Source: a virus. Taken from it: a stretch of 64,000 nucleotides of DNA. How positions within the stretch are numbered: the first letter of the stretch is position 1; each line of letters starts with the position of its first letter. The stretch spans positions 1 through 64,000 of IMG/VR virus record IMGVR_UViG_3300027659_003120. One strand, 5' to 3'. Below are positions 41,468 through 51,672 of this stretch, one piece after another. The translations under genes were made by a program, and so were the position numbers. The notes below the pieces were generated by a model that made no database searches, was not told the DNA's origin, and was given only the letters and a program-made list of their open reading frames with translations.

Positions 41468-42439
41468 ATGGCTACAAATAAACTTTTAGAGGCGGCTGCT
41501 GAAATTCTTGCATCAGGCAAGGGTAAAAATGCTATGCCTCCAGAAAAGCTACCTGCAGAAATACATGATGCCGGCGGTCCAACACCAGAAAATGCTAAAC
41601 CGGATGATGATTCTCACAAAATTACGCCGTCAACAAAAAGCGCAACCGCTCCTACAACTCATTCAACTAAAAAAGAAGAAGTTGAAGAAGAAGAATATGA
41701 ATTAGATTTATCTGAAGATATTAATTCTTTATTCTCAGATGATGATACAATTTCTGAAGAATTTAAACAAAAAGTTACTACAATTTTTGAAGCTCGTGTC
41801 TATGACCGTGTTAAACAAATTGAAGAAAACATTGAAGAACAATATGCGTCCATGCTAGAAGAAGCCGTGGAAACAGTTAAAGAAGACTTAACCGAAAAAG
41901 TAAATGATTACATTTCTTATGTGGTTGAGCAATGGATGTCCGATAATGAAATCGCAATAGAAAAAGGAATTCGTTCCGAATTAACTGAAGATTTTATTTC
42001 TGGACTCCGTAATTTATTTGCAGAACACTATATTGATGTTCCTACAGATAAAGTAGATTTAGTTGATGAGTTGTCTAGTAAAGTTGATGAACTTGAAGAT
42101 AAACTCAACGAAGAAGTAGAACGCTCAGTAGAATATCGTAAAGCTCTTACTGAAGCCTATAAAAATGAAGTTACCCGAGATGTGTGTGAAGGTTTAACAG
42201 ATACACAAGTTGAAAAAATTAAAACACTCGCAGAGAGTGTGGATTTTTCTACAGAGGAAGAATACCAAGAAAAACTTGTAACTATCCGCGAAAATTATTT
42301 CCCATCTGGAGTAAAAAAGGCAGACGAAGCCCTACTTCACGAACAAGTAATTGACAATGGACAAGAAGAAATTAAACAGTCTAATGACCCATTCATTAAT
42401 TCCATTGTTCAGTCAATTTCAAAAACAAACAGATTTTAA
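41468..42439 (+). CDS. gp22: Prohead scaffold gp22
   Basis: SEEFKQK..TIFEA; YVVEQWM..NE.AIE.GI; acidic coiled coil. Confidence 0.92.
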   Translation: MATNKLLEAAAEILASGKGKNAMPPEKLPAEIHDAGGPTPENAKPDDDSHKITPSTKSATAPTTHSTKKEEVEEEEYELDLSEDINSLFSDDDTISEEFKQKVTTIFEARVYDRVKQIEENIEEQYASMLEEAVETVKEDLTEKVNDYISYVVEQWMSDNEIAIEKGIRSELTEDFISGLRNLFAEHYIDVPTDKVDLVDELSSKVDELEDKLNEEVERSVEYRKALTEAYKNEVTRDVCEGLTDTQVEKIKTLAESVDFSTEEEYQEKLVTIRENYFPSGVKKADEALLHEQVIDNGQEEIKQSNDPFINSIVQSISKTNRF

Positions 42440-42459
42440 TTAAACCAAGGAGACTCTAA

Positions 42460-43788
42460 ATGTATCTTTCCGAAGACCTACAAAAAAAATGGGCACCTGT
42501 TCTAGAACACAGTGACCTTCCAAAAATTACTGATCCATACCGTCGTGCAGTTACTGCATTGGTGTTGGAAAATCAACAAACAGCTATGTTGAAAGAAGCT
42601 GGAATCAATGAAGTAGCAACTAATGCTGCAGGCACAGGTGGTTTTGGCGGTGGTGCTACTGCCACAGGCCCTGTTGCCGGTTTTGACCCAATTCTTATCA
42701 GTTTGGTTCGCCGTTCTTTACCTAATCTTATTGCATATGATGTTTGCGGTGTTCAGCCAATGACTGGACCTACAGGCATGATTTTTGCAATGCGTTCAAT
42801 GTATGGTACTGACCGTGTGCCTTCAACAGGTACAGAAGCCTTCTACAACGAAGCTAATACAAACTTTTCTGCTGCTGGTGCTGCTCTTAACCAACAAACA
42901 TTTGGATTAAAAGCAAGTACATCCGATCGTCTATATGGCGTTTTTGATGCTAACACATCTACAGGACTTGTAACAGCTTCTGGTGAAGGTGACGCATTCC
43001 AAGAAATGGGTTTCTCAATTGAGAAAGTTACTGTTACTGCTAAAACTCGTCAGTTAAAAGCAGAATACACAATGGAACTTGCACAAGACTTGAAAGCAGT
43101 TCACGGATTAGATGCAGAAACTGAATTAAGTAATATTCTTTCTACAGAAATTCTTGCTGAAATTAATCGTGAAATTTTACGCACAATTTACACTGTTGCT
43201 AAAGTTGGTTGCAAAGTTGGCACAACAACAGTTGGTACTTTTGACCTTGATACAGATTCCAATGGTCGTTGGATGGTTGAAAAAGTTAAAGGTCTTGCTT
43301 TCCAAATTGAACGTGAAGCAAATGCCATCGCTAAATTGACACGGCGCGGTAAAGGTAATGTGCTAATCTGTTCTTCTGATGTGGCTTCTGCTCTTGCAAT
43401 GGCAGGCATTTTAGATTACAGTTCTGGCATGGCAGCAGCAGTTAACTTAACTGTAGATGATACAGGTAATACTTTTGCTGGTACATTGTTCGGTAGAATT
43501 AAAGTGTATGTTGATCCTTATTTTGCAGTTGCTAGTTCGTCAGAATTCGCTGTACTAGGGTACAAAGGTACAAACGCATATGATGCAGGTTTGTTCTATT
43601 GCCCATACGTTCCATTACAAATGGTTCGTGCAGTTGATACTACTACTTTTGCACCAAAAATTGGTTTCAAAACACGTTATGGCATTGTTGCTAATCCATT
43701 CGCAGAAGGTACCGCACAAGGTGCTGGCGCATTGAATCCAGCTGCAAGCATGTACTACAGAGCATTCAAAATCTCTAATATCATGTAA
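42460..43788 (+). CDS. gp23: Major capsid protein gp23
   Basis: GVQPMTGPTG; ELAQDLKAVHGLDAE.EL; FYCPYVPL; GFKTRYG. Confidence 0.98.
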   Translation: MYLSEDLQKKWAPVLEHSDLPKITDPYRRAVTALVLENQQTAMLKEAGINEVATNAAGTGGFGGGATATGPVAGFDPILISLVRRSLPNLIAYDVCGVQPMTGPTGMIFAMRSMYGTDRVPSTGTEAFYNEANTNFSAAGAALNQQTFGLKASTSDRLYGVFDANTSTGLVTASGEGDAFQEMGFSIEKVTVTAKTRQLKAEYTMELAQDLKAVHGLDAETELSNILSTEILAEINREILRTIYTVAKVGCKVGTTTVGTFDLDTDSNGRWMVEKVKGLAFQIEREANAIAKLTRRGKGNVLICSSDVASALAMAGILDYSSGMAAAVNLTVDDTGNTFAGTLFGRIKVYVDPYFAVASSSEFAVLGYKGTNAYDAGLFYCPYVPLQMVRAVDTTTFAPKIGFKTRYGIVANPFAEGTAQGAGALNPAASMYYRAFKISNIM

Positions 43789-43820
43789 GCTTAACCCTCC
43801 TTAAAGAGAGGGATTTTAAA

Positions 43821-43851
43821 AGAGGAGTTCTCACGGGCTCCTCTTTTTTTT
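43821..43851 (+). terminator. Rho-independent terminator after gp23
   Basis: agaggagttc-tcac-gggctcctct followed by a T-run. Confidence 0.9.
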
Positions 43852-43854
43852 GTG

Positions 43855-43862
43855 TATAAATA
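43855..43862 (+). promoter_or_regulatory. T4-type late promoter
   Basis: TATAAATA just upstream of the gp3 ATG. Confidence 0.7.
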
Positions 43863-43867
43863 TTCAT

Positions 43868-44404
43868 ATGGCAAATACAGCAATAATAACACCGTCAAAT
43901 CAGAATTTTTTACACCCAAATAAGTTTCAATTAACTTTTTCTCGGGTACCAAATATTCAATATTTTTGTCAAGCAGTAACAGTGCCTGGTATTTCTATGG
44001 GCGAAATACCAGTGGCTACACCATTCGTTGAAAAATATTCTCCTGGTGAAAAAGCAATCTATGATATGCTTAATGTAACTTTTGCTATTGATGAAGAGAT
44101 GCAATCTTGGATTGAAATTCATAACTGGATTCGTGCTATGACTTTTCCAGAAAGTTATGAACAATATCAAGAATTACCAAGACTCGCAAGAAATATTGGT
44201 AATCCAAAAACACCACAATTTTCTGATGCAACACTTACAGTATATTCGTCTGCATATACTCCTCTGTATAGGTTTAAATTTGTTGATGTATTTCCCACAT
44301 CATTAGCATCATTTATACTAGCAACACAAGATTCACCGGATAGTATTTTAACATCCGATGCAACATTCAGATTTACCTACTATCATATTGACAAATTATT
44401 CTAA
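43868..44404 (+). CDS. gp3: Tail tube terminator gp3-like
   Basis: NFL.P..F; YFCQ...PG; EIHNWI; FSDATL; FPTSL; synteny after gp23. Confidence 0.8.
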   Translation: MANTAIITPSNQNFLHPNKFQLTFSRVPNIQYFCQAVTVPGISMGEIPVATPFVEKYSPGEKAIYDMLNVTFAIDEEMQSWIEIHNWIRAMTFPESYEQYQELPRLARNIGNPKTPQFSDATLTVYSSAYTPLYRFKFVDVFPTSLASFILATQDSPDSILTSDATFRFTYYHIDKLF

Positions 44405-44416
44405 ATGATGTATACT
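44388..44416 (+). promoter_or_regulatory. sigma70 promoter upstream of uvsY
   Basis: TTGACA-17-TATACT. Confidence 0.7.
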
Positions 44417-44435
44417 CCATGTAGGAGGATTTAAT

Positions 44436-44870
44436 ATGACTAAAATTGATGATTTATTAAGTGAATGGGCTACAGACTCTAAAATAGACAGAACAGAGCC
44501 TGGAAAAGCACTAATTGATATTCCAAAACTTCACAGTAAGTATTTGAATATTCTATCAAGAAATAAGTTGCTATGTAAAGAATCTGAATTCAAATATTCC
44601 AAAATGAAAAAGATTAAATGGGAATATTACACAGGTAAAATGGGTGATGATGATTTAAAAAAATATGGTTGGAATGCATTTCCATTTACCATCAAATCAG
44701 AAATATCTATTTTTATGGAATCAGATGATGACCTTAATAAACTTATAGCAAGTAAAATGATTTATGAAGAAGTTGTTAGTTGTTGCGAATTGATAATGAA
44801 AGAGTTGCATAGTAGAACTTTTCAATTAAAAACATTTGTAGATTGGGAAAAATTTATTCAAGGTATCTAA
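44436..44870 (+). CDS. uvsY: Recombination mediator UvsY
   Basis: W..DSKID; IPKLHSKY; KWEYYTGK. Confidence 0.9.
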   Translation: MTKIDDLLSEWATDSKIDRTEPGKALIDIPKLHSKYLNILSRNKLLCKESEFKYSKMKKIKWEYYTGKMGDDDLKKYGWNAFPFTIKSEISIFMESDDDLNKLIASKMIYEEVVSCCELIMKELHSRTFQLKTFVDWEKFIQGI

Positions 44871-46333
44871 TGGACAATATAATTATTAGTAAGGTGAACG
44901 AAGCTTATATAAAAATAGATTGCGAAAAAAGTATTGCACAAGAACTTTCGGATCATTTTACTTTTTATGTTCCGGGGTACCAATTTGTACCCTCATATAA
45001 AAATAGGTTGTGGGACGGAAAAATTAGGTTGATGGATTTACGAACTAATTTTTTGTATTATGGATTAATTCCATATATAAAAGCATTTTGTGAAACCAGA
45101 AATTATAATATATTTTTTGAACCTGATGTTAACCTCACTAATAATTTCTCTATTAAAGAATCCCTAGAATTTGTAGAAACATTAAATTTGCCATTAGTGC
45201 CAAGAGATTATCAATTAGAGGCATTTGTTCATGCGATACGGAATAAGCGAACACTTCTACTATCGCCAACAGCATCAGGAAAATCTTTAATAATCTATTT
45301 GATTCTGCGTAAAATTCAAAGCGAGACTAGCAAAAAAGGACTATTGATTGTTCCAACTACATCATTGGTGCAACAGATGTATTCTGATTTTCAATCTTAT
45401 GGTTATGATTCGGAACAATACTGCCATCAGCAATATGCAGGTAAAGATAAAACTACAGATAAATTTTTAACTATCAGTACATGGCAATCAGTATACACTA
45501 GAGATAAAGAATATTTTGAACAATTTGATTTTGTTTTTGGAGATGAGGCGCATCAATTCAAGGCAAAATCATTAGGCACTATTATGACAGGTTTAACTAA
45601 TACTGAATTTCGTATTGGTTGTACAGGTACCCTGGATGGCACTCAAACTCATAAATTAGTATTAGAAGGATTATTTGGTCCTGTATTCAAAGTAACAACA
45701 ACCAAAGAGTTGATTGATAATAAACAATTGACAGATTTTAAAATCAAATGTTTAGTATTAAAATATCCAGAAGTTATTTGCAAATTATCCAAGTCTTGGG
45801 ACTATCAAGCAGAAATTGATTACATAGTTCAAAATACGCAAAGAAATACTTTTATTAAAAATCTAGCATTGTCACTAAAAGGAAATTCTCTAATACTTTT
45901 TCAATTGGTACAAAAGCAAGGTAAAGAATTATATAAAATTATTGATTCTGAAAAAAATAATCGCAAAGTTTTCTTTGTGTATGGTGCCACTGATGTTGAA
46001 ACTAGAGAATCTATTCGTGCGATTACAGAAAAAGAAACAGATGCAATTATAGTTGCTTCATATGGAACTTTTGCTACCGGGATAAATATAAGAAATCTAC
46101 ATAATGTAGTCTTTGCTTCACCCTCAAAATCACGAATAAGAAATTTACAATCAATAGGTCGTGGTTTACGAATAGGTGAAAATAAAACTCAATGTATCTT
46201 ATTTGATATATCTGATGATTTCAGAGTAGGAAAACATACTAATTTTACTCTCAAACATTTAGTTGAGCGTTTAAAAATATATGACTCGGAAAACTTTGTA
46301 TATAAATTATATAATATAGATTTAAAAATATAA
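44870..46333 (+). CDS. uvsW: SF2 helicase UvsW
   Basis: WDGKIRL; PTASGKS; DEAH; QSIGRGLR; ATG overlaps the uvsY stop. Confidence 0.95.
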   Translation: MDNIIISKVNEAYIKIDCEKSIAQELSDHFTFYVPGYQFVPSYKNRLWDGKIRLMDLRTNFLYYGLIPYIKAFCETRNYNIFFEPDVNLTNNFSIKESLEFVETLNLPLVPRDYQLEAFVHAIRNKRTLLLSPTASGKSLIIYLILRKIQSETSKKGLLIVPTTSLVQQMYSDFQSYGYDSEQYCHQQYAGKDKTTDKFLTISTWQSVYTRDKEYFEQFDFVFGDEAHQFKAKSLGTIMTGLTNTEFRIGCTGTLDGTQTHKLVLEGLFGPVFKVTTTKELIDNKQLTDFKIKCLVLKYPEVICKLSKSWDYQAEIDYIVQNTQRNTFIKNLALSLKGNSLILFQLVQKQGKELYKIIDSEKNNRKVFFVYGATDVETRESIRAITEKETDAIIVASYGTFATGINIRNLHNVVFASPSKSRIRNLQSIGRGLRIGENKTQCILFDISDDFRVGKHTNFTLKHLVERLKIYDSENFVYKLYNIDLKI

Positions 46334-46340
46334 AAAAAGC

Positions 46341-46369
46341 TTTACTTTTTTCTGAAAGTGTGTTATAAT
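46341..46369 (+). promoter_or_regulatory. sigma70-like promoter
   Basis: TTTACT-17-TATAAT with TG extension. Confidence 0.65.
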
Positions 46370-46398
46370 GATGTTGCTCACAATAGGAGATATAACAA

Positions 46399-46833
46399 AT
46401 GCAAGAAGAAATTAAAATTATAAGATTAAATGATGGAGAGGATATTATATCTTCTTACCATGTAGATGAGTCTGATGAAGGCTTAATAGTCAATAATCCA
46501 ATGACTCTCTTCTTTAAGAGGTTAGGCTCTACTCGGTCTGTTGTTATGATGGCACCATGGTTACCAATTGAACTAATATGTAATACATCTACAAGAATAA
46601 ATAATAGTCAAATTTTAACTATAATGGAACCTAGGAAATCACTTATAGAATATTACCTTAATGCTGTGAATAATATCACAGAAAATATACGAATGAATGA
46701 AGACTCTATAGATGAATCTTTACTGGACAATAATCATCAAGAAGATGATGATTTGGATGAAGAAGACTCTATAGAAGAGGATGTAGAAATACATAAGCTT
46801 CTAGAAGGTACATCTAAAGTAACATTACATTGA
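46399..46833 (+). CDS. Hypothetical protein, possibly Sm-like fold with acidic tail
   Basis: IKIIRLNDGEDII..PW pattern; position before gp55; SD ggag. Confidence 0.6.
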   Translation: MQEEIKIIRLNDGEDIISSYHVDESDEGLIVNNPMTLFFKRLGSTRSVVMMAPWLPIELICNTSTRINNSQILTIMEPRKSLIEYYLNAVNNITENIRMNEDSIDESLLDNNHQEDDDLDEEDSIEEDVEIHKLLEGTSKVTLH

Positions 46834-46854
46834 TACTTAACGAACCCACAAGGC

Positions 46855-46883
46855 ATTATACTATGAACAAAAAATCTTGTCAA
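46855..46883 (-). promoter_or_regulatory. Antisense consensus sigma70 promoter
   Basis: Plus strand ATTATA(46855-60)-17-TGTCAA(46878-83), i.e. TTGACA-17-TATAAT on the minus strand. Confidence 0.75.
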
Positions 46884-46905
46884 GTCTTTTTTTAGGAAAT
46901 ATTGA

Positions 46906-47505
46906 ATGAAACCAAAACACTATGTTAATAATACCGATTTTCTAAATGCTCTAATAGAGTATAAATTGGTATGCAAAAAAGCAGAGATGGAAAATACGAC
47001 TGAACCTCTTATACCAAATTATATTGGTGAGTGTTTTCTTAAAATTGCTAACCATCTCTCACGAAAACCTAATTTTGTACTCTACTCATTTAGGGAAGAA
47101 ATGGTAGGAGATGGAATTGAAAATTGTATTATGTATTTTAGAAATTTTGATCCAATAAAATCTTCTAATCCATTTGCTTATTTTACCCAAATTATTTACT
47201 TTGCTTTTTTGCGTAGAATACAGAAAGAGAAGAAACAGATGTATGTAAAATATAAAGCAACTGAACAGTCTAGTATACTCCATGACGGTGAGTATTATGA
47301 AGACGTAGAAGGTAATATGAAACAATTTGCACTGTATGACAATCTATCCGAATTCATCCAAACATATGAGGCAAAAAGAAATGAGAAAAAAATAACAAAA
47401 CTAAAAGTTCTTGATAAATTTTTAGAAGATAGTTTACCAGAAATTCTTAACGAATCGCTTGACAACACCCAAAAAACGGAGTATAATGATGCTAGTGCTA
47501 CCTGA
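46906..47505 (+). CDS. gp55: Late transcription sigma factor gp55
   Basis: HYVNN..FL; YIGECFLKIA; NPFAYFTQI..AFLRRI.KEKKQ. Confidence 0.95.
   Translation: MKPKHYVNNTDFLNALIEYKLVCKKAEMENTTEPLIPNYIGECFLKIANHLSRKPNFVLYSFREEMVGDGIENCIMYFRNFDPIKSSNPFAYFTQIIYFAFLRRIQKEKKQMYVKYKATEQSSILHDGEYYEDVEGNMKQFALYDNLSEFIQTYEAKRNEKKITKLKVLDKFLEDSLPEILNESLDNTQKTEYNDASAT
47459..47487 (+). promoter_or_regulatory. sigma70 promoter within the 3' end of gp55
   Basis: TTGACA-17-TATAAT. Confidence 0.7.
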
Positions 47506-47938
47506 AAACATATTAGGTAAACCTGTTGGTTTTACCTGCTCAACTTTTGATTTATTACATGCTGGACATATTTTGATGTTAGCAGAAGCCAAATCGGTAT
47601 GTGAATACCTAATTGTAGGATTACAGTTGGACCCATCTATTGATAGACCAGAAAACAAAAATAAACCAGTGCAGTCTATAGTTGAAAGATATGTGCAATT
47701 ATCAGCAGTGAAATTTGTGGATGAAATTATCGTCTATCAAAATGAAAAAGATTTGGAAGATTTATTAATGTTTTTACCAATTACAATTCGGATTATTGGA
47801 GAAGAATATCGTGATAAGAATTTCACAGGAAAAGAAATTTGTGAACAGCGAGGAATTAGAATTTTTTACAATGACAGAAAACATAGTTTTTCTACCACTG
47901 AATTGAGAAAGAGAATTTCTAGCAAAAACACACTATGA
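47486..47938 (+). CDS. TagD-like cytidylyltransferase
   Basis: STFDLLHAGH (HxGH); VDEIIVY; SFSTTELR; exact start uncertain. Confidence 0.85.
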   Translation: MMLVLPENILGKPVGFTCSTFDLLHAGHILMLAEAKSVCEYLIVGLQLDPSIDRPENKNKPVQSIVERYVQLSAVKFVDEIIVYQNEKDLEDLLMFLPITIRIIGEEYRDKNFTGKEICEQRGIRIFYNDRKHSFSTTELRKRISSKNTL

Positions 47939-49005
47939 AAATTTGTTTAATTAATGATACACATGCTGGTGCAAGAGGTGATAGTTTATTGTTCAATGAA
48001 TTCTTTTTTAAGTTTTGGGAAGGAACTTTCTTTCCGTACTTAAAAGAACATAACATTAAACAGATTATACATTTAGGTGATGTTGTAGACCGCAGAAAAT
48101 ATATTAATTACATTATATTAAATCAATGGCGAAAAAGATTCTTTGATGTATTAGAGCGTGAAAACATTCAGATGGATATAATTGTAGGTAACCACGATGT
48201 TACCTATAAGAATACCAATGAAATTAATGCAATGCATGAGTTGTTTAACAAATATAATAATGTTAATGTCTTTATTGAGCCAGTTGAAAGAATTTATGAT
48301 GAATTGCAAATCGCCCTTGTTCCATGGATTAATTCCTCAAATCATGAAAGTACATTACAGTTCTTAGATAAAACTACATCTGAATTAGTATTTGGTCATT
48401 TTGAAATTTCTGGTTTTGAAATGGACCGAGGCAGCATTTGTCACAATGGATTGAACAAAAAAATATTTGATAGATTTGATATGGTTTTATCCGGTCATTT
48501 TCATCATAAATCTTCTGATGGCACAATTCATTATCTTGGCAACCAATATGAAATTTCTTGGGCAGACTTTAATGACCAAAGAGGATTTCATGTTTTTGAT
48601 ACCGAAACTAGAGAACTAACTTTTATTCCAAATCCTCATAAAATATTTTATAAAATTAACTATGATGATTCTACCGAGTCTTTTGAACATTGGAAAAAAT
48701 ATGATTTTACACAACACCAAAATTCTTTTATTAAAATTGTTGTAATTAATAAAACAAATGCATACTTATTTGATTATGTTTTGGAACAATTGAATAACGC
48801 TGGTGCTGCTGATGTTGCTGTGGTAGAAGATTTTTCTGATACCTCTATTGAAGATGCCGAAGAAATGGTGAATCAATCTGAAGATACCATTTCTATTCTT
48901 TCCAAATTTATTGATGGGTTAAGTGTTGATGTTGATTCAGATAAACTTAAAAAACTTATGCGTGAGTTATATGTTGAGTCTTTGAATGTTGAAATAATTG
49001 AATGA
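47935..49005 (+). CDS. gp47: Recombination endonuclease gp47 (Mre11/SbcD-like)
   Basis: DTH, LGD..DRR, GNHD, GHFH. Confidence 0.93.
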   Translation: MKICLINDTHAGARGDSLLFNEFFFKFWEGTFFPYLKEHNIKQIIHLGDVVDRRKYINYIILNQWRKRFFDVLERENIQMDIIVGNHDVTYKNTNEINAMHELFNKYNNVNVFIEPVERIYDELQIALVPWINSSNHESTLQFLDKTTSELVFGHFEISGFEMDRGSICHNGLNKKIFDRFDMVLSGHFHHKSSDGTIHYLGNQYEISWADFNDQRGFHVFDTETRELTFIPNPHKIFYKINYDDSTESFEHWKKYDFTQHQNSFIKIVVINKTNAYLFDYVLEQLNNAGAADVAVVEDFSDTSIEDAEEMVNQSEDTISILSKFIDGLSVDVDSDKLKKLMRELYVESLNVEIIE

Positions 49006-50714
49006 TATTTTTTAAGTATATAAAGTTTCGTAATTTTCTAAGTACCGGTAATTATTTTACTGAAATTGCATTAGATAATTCTACCAACACATTAGTTGTT
49101 GGTACTAATGGTTCAGGTAAATCTACCTTACTTGATGCATTGTGTTTTGTGCTATTTGGTAAACCCTTTCGTGGAATCAATAAGCCACAGTTATGCAATT
49201 CTATCAATCAAAAAGATTGTTTGGTTGAATGTGGTTTTGACATTGGTAATAAAAAATATAAAATCATTCGTGGCATAAAGCCTAATGTTTTTGAAATTTA
49301 TATTGATGGTGAATTGTTAAATCAAGATGCTGCGTCCAGAGATTATCAAGAGCATTTAGAAAAATTTATTTTAAAATTAAATTACAAGTCGTTCACACAA
49401 ATTGTTATATTAGGGTCTGCATCTTTTGTTCCATTTATGCAATTATCTTCTTCCGATAGAAGAGCGATTATTGAAGATTTACTAGATATTCAAATATTTT
49501 CCGTAATGAATGGAGTAGTTAAAGATAGATTATCTGTAAATAAAGATTCAATTATTCGTAATAAGAGTAAGAATGATATACTCTCTACGAAATATGATAT
49601 CCAGAAAGAACACATACAAAAGTTAAAACAAAATAATGAAGAACAAATTACAGTAAAAGAAAATGAAATTTCAAATGTTGTTGTGATAATAGAAAATGTA
49701 CAATCTACAGTAAATACATTGAGTTTGGAAGTGGTACAGTTGCACCAATTGATAACAGATAAATCTACAATAGAATCTAAAATAAAAAAACTACATCAAT
49801 TTGAAACACAAATTGAAACTAATATATCAGATTTCGGAAAAAAGTTAAAGTTTTATGAATCAAATGATTCTTGCCCAACATGTAAACAAGTAATAGAACT
49901 GGATTTTAAGACTACACAAATTACGGAACTCAATAGTAAAACACATAAATGTTCGGATGGATTAATTACATTAGAATCACAAATTTTGGAACAACAAGCC
50001 AAGTTAAATGATATACAAAAAATATCATTGCAGATTCAATGTAGGCAAGTTGATATTGCTTCCAACACTATGTCTATCGTAGAATCTAATAAGTATATTG
50101 GTAAATTACAAAAAGAAATAAAACAACTTTCTGAAACAAAAGAAGATTTGTCTATTGAAACTAATAAGCTTGCTGATTTACAAAAACAGTTAGAGGAATT
50201 GAATAACGAAAAGAAAGTGTTTTTAGATGAAAGATTATACTTAGATGCTGCTGGGCTGTTATTAAAAGATACTGGTATTAAAACTAAAATTATCAAACAG
50301 TATTTACCTATCATAAACAAATTAGTAAATAAGTATTTGGCGTCTTTAGATTTCTTTGTTAATTTTAATCTAAGTGAAACTTTTAGTGAAACTATTAAAT
50401 CCCGGCACAGAGATGAATTTTCTTATGAATCTTTTAGTGAAGGTGAAAAGCAACGAATTGATATGGCACTTATGTTAACGTGGCGGGCTGTTGCGAAACT
50501 TAAAAATTCCACTAATACAAATTTATTAATATTGGATGAAGTGTTTGATAGTAGCCTAGATAATAATGGCACCGAATATTTGATGACGATTTTACAAATG
50601 CTTGAGGATGTTAATCTGTTTGTAATTTCCCATAAAGGTGACATTCTACAAGATAAATTTAGGTCAATAATTAGGTTTGAGAAGGTTAATAATTTTTCAA
50701 GGATAGTAAAATGA
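49002..50714 (+). CDS. gp46: Recombination ATPase gp46 (Rad50/SbcC-like)
   Basis: NGSGKST; CPTC zinc hook; FSEGEK; LDEVFDSSLD. Confidence 0.95.
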   Translation: MIFFKYIKFRNFLSTGNYFTEIALDNSTNTLVVGTNGSGKSTLLDALCFVLFGKPFRGINKPQLCNSINQKDCLVECGFDIGNKKYKIIRGIKPNVFEIYIDGELLNQDAASRDYQEHLEKFILKLNYKSFTQIVILGSASFVPFMQLSSSDRRAIIEDLLDIQIFSVMNGVVKDRLSVNKDSIIRNKSKNDILSTKYDIQKEHIQKLKQNNEEQITVKENEISNVVVIIENVQSTVNTLSLEVVQLHQLITDKSTIESKIKKLHQFETQIETNISDFGKKLKFYESNDSCPTCKQVIELDFKTTQITELNSKTHKCSDGLITLESQILEQQAKLNDIQKISLQIQCRQVDIASNTMSIVESNKYIGKLQKEIKQLSETKEDLSIETNKLADLQKQLEELNNEKKVFLDERLYLDAAGLLLKDTGIKTKIIKQYLPIINKLVNKYLASLDFFVNFNLSETFSETIKSRHRDEFSYESFSEGEKQRIDMALMLTWRAVAKLKNSTNTNLLILDEVFDSSLDNNGTEYLMTILQMLEDVNLFVISHKGDILQDKFRSIIRFEKVNNFSRIVK

Positions 50715-51304
50715 TAGAAGATGAGTACATAGTTTTAAATACGGACAAAACCGCTAAATCGCCAACAAGGATTACAGAAGAAAAAATCACACAGTTTCAA
50801 ATTTTACCAGAAGGTAATGTAGCATTAAATACTGTAATAGAAGAGTTTGATATAACTCAAATTTCTCAGCCAGAAATTCAAACTTTTATCAAACGATTAA
50901 AGTTTACAATGAAACATTATCAGGGACTTGGTTTATCTGCCAATCAATGTGGTTATAAATTTAGAATGTTTATTATTGGTACTGATAGTTTTCAAATGAC
51001 ATGTATAAACCCAAAGATTATTGAGACATTTGGTGAAATGAAACCTTTGCGAGAAGGATGCTTATCTTACCCTGCTTTATTTTTAAATGTTCCTAGGTAT
51101 GAAAATATTCGTGTGGAGTATTATGATGAAGACACCCAAAAAAGAGATTTGTCTATTAATGGATTAACTGCTCAGTGCTTTCAACACGAATTAGAACATC
51201 TAAATGGTAAAACATTTACAGAGAATATTAAACCTCTTGCTCTATTAATGGCAAGAAAAAGACAAAAAAATACTATTAAGAAAATTATTAGGAGTACAAA
51301 ATGA
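50711..51304 (+). CDS. def: Peptide deformylase
   Basis: GLGLSANQ, EGCLS, QHELEH. Confidence 0.92.
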   Translation: MIEDEYIVLNTDKTAKSPTRITEEKITQFQILPEGNVALNTVIEEFDITQISQPEIQTFIKRLKFTMKHYQGLGLSANQCGYKFRMFIIGTDSFQMTCINPKIIETFGEMKPLREGCLSYPALFLNVPRYENIRVEYYDEDTQKRDLSINGLTAQCFQHELEHLNGKTFTENIKPLALLMARKRQKNTIKKIIRSTK

Positions 51305-51672
51305 GTGATGTAAAAGTCCAAGAAACAACTGAGTATGAAAGTTGCCTTGATTTTGAAAGTGATGATATCAACGATGTTTCCAAATTCATGGATGGTCATG
51401 AAGAACAAAAAGAAGAACTTCCTGTAGTTGAAGTTGATGATTCACTGCTTACCAGAGACCAATTCTTTAAGAAGTATTGGAAAGGTATGCCAACTTTTGA
51501 CCAGAATGATAATCCTCCATGGAAACAAATTTATGTAAACTTCCGAAATGAAGGAGATTACAATGCATTTGCCAAGTTGATTGACCAAGCATTAACTGAT
51601 AAGAGCAAAAGTATTTGGTATCCAAAACTTGACATTGAAGAAAACTCTTTGAATCGTTGGATTGTAGAATGA
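51301..51672 (+). CDS. Acidic hypothetical protein coupled to the GREB1-like GT
   Basis: ATGA overlaps at both ends; WKGMP.F.Q, SIWYP motifs. Confidence 0.65.
   Translation: MSDVKVQETTEYESCLDFESDDINDVSKFMDGHEEQKEELPVVEVDDSLLTRDQFFKKYWKGMPTFDQNDNPPWKQIYVNFRNEGDYNAFAKLIDQALTDKSKSIWYPKLDIEENSLNRWIVE

Noticed and set aside
33280-43788. Introns, inteins or stop-codon recoding in core genes
   Set aside because: gp17, gp18, gp20 and gp23 are continuous, of ordinary length and read in the standard code
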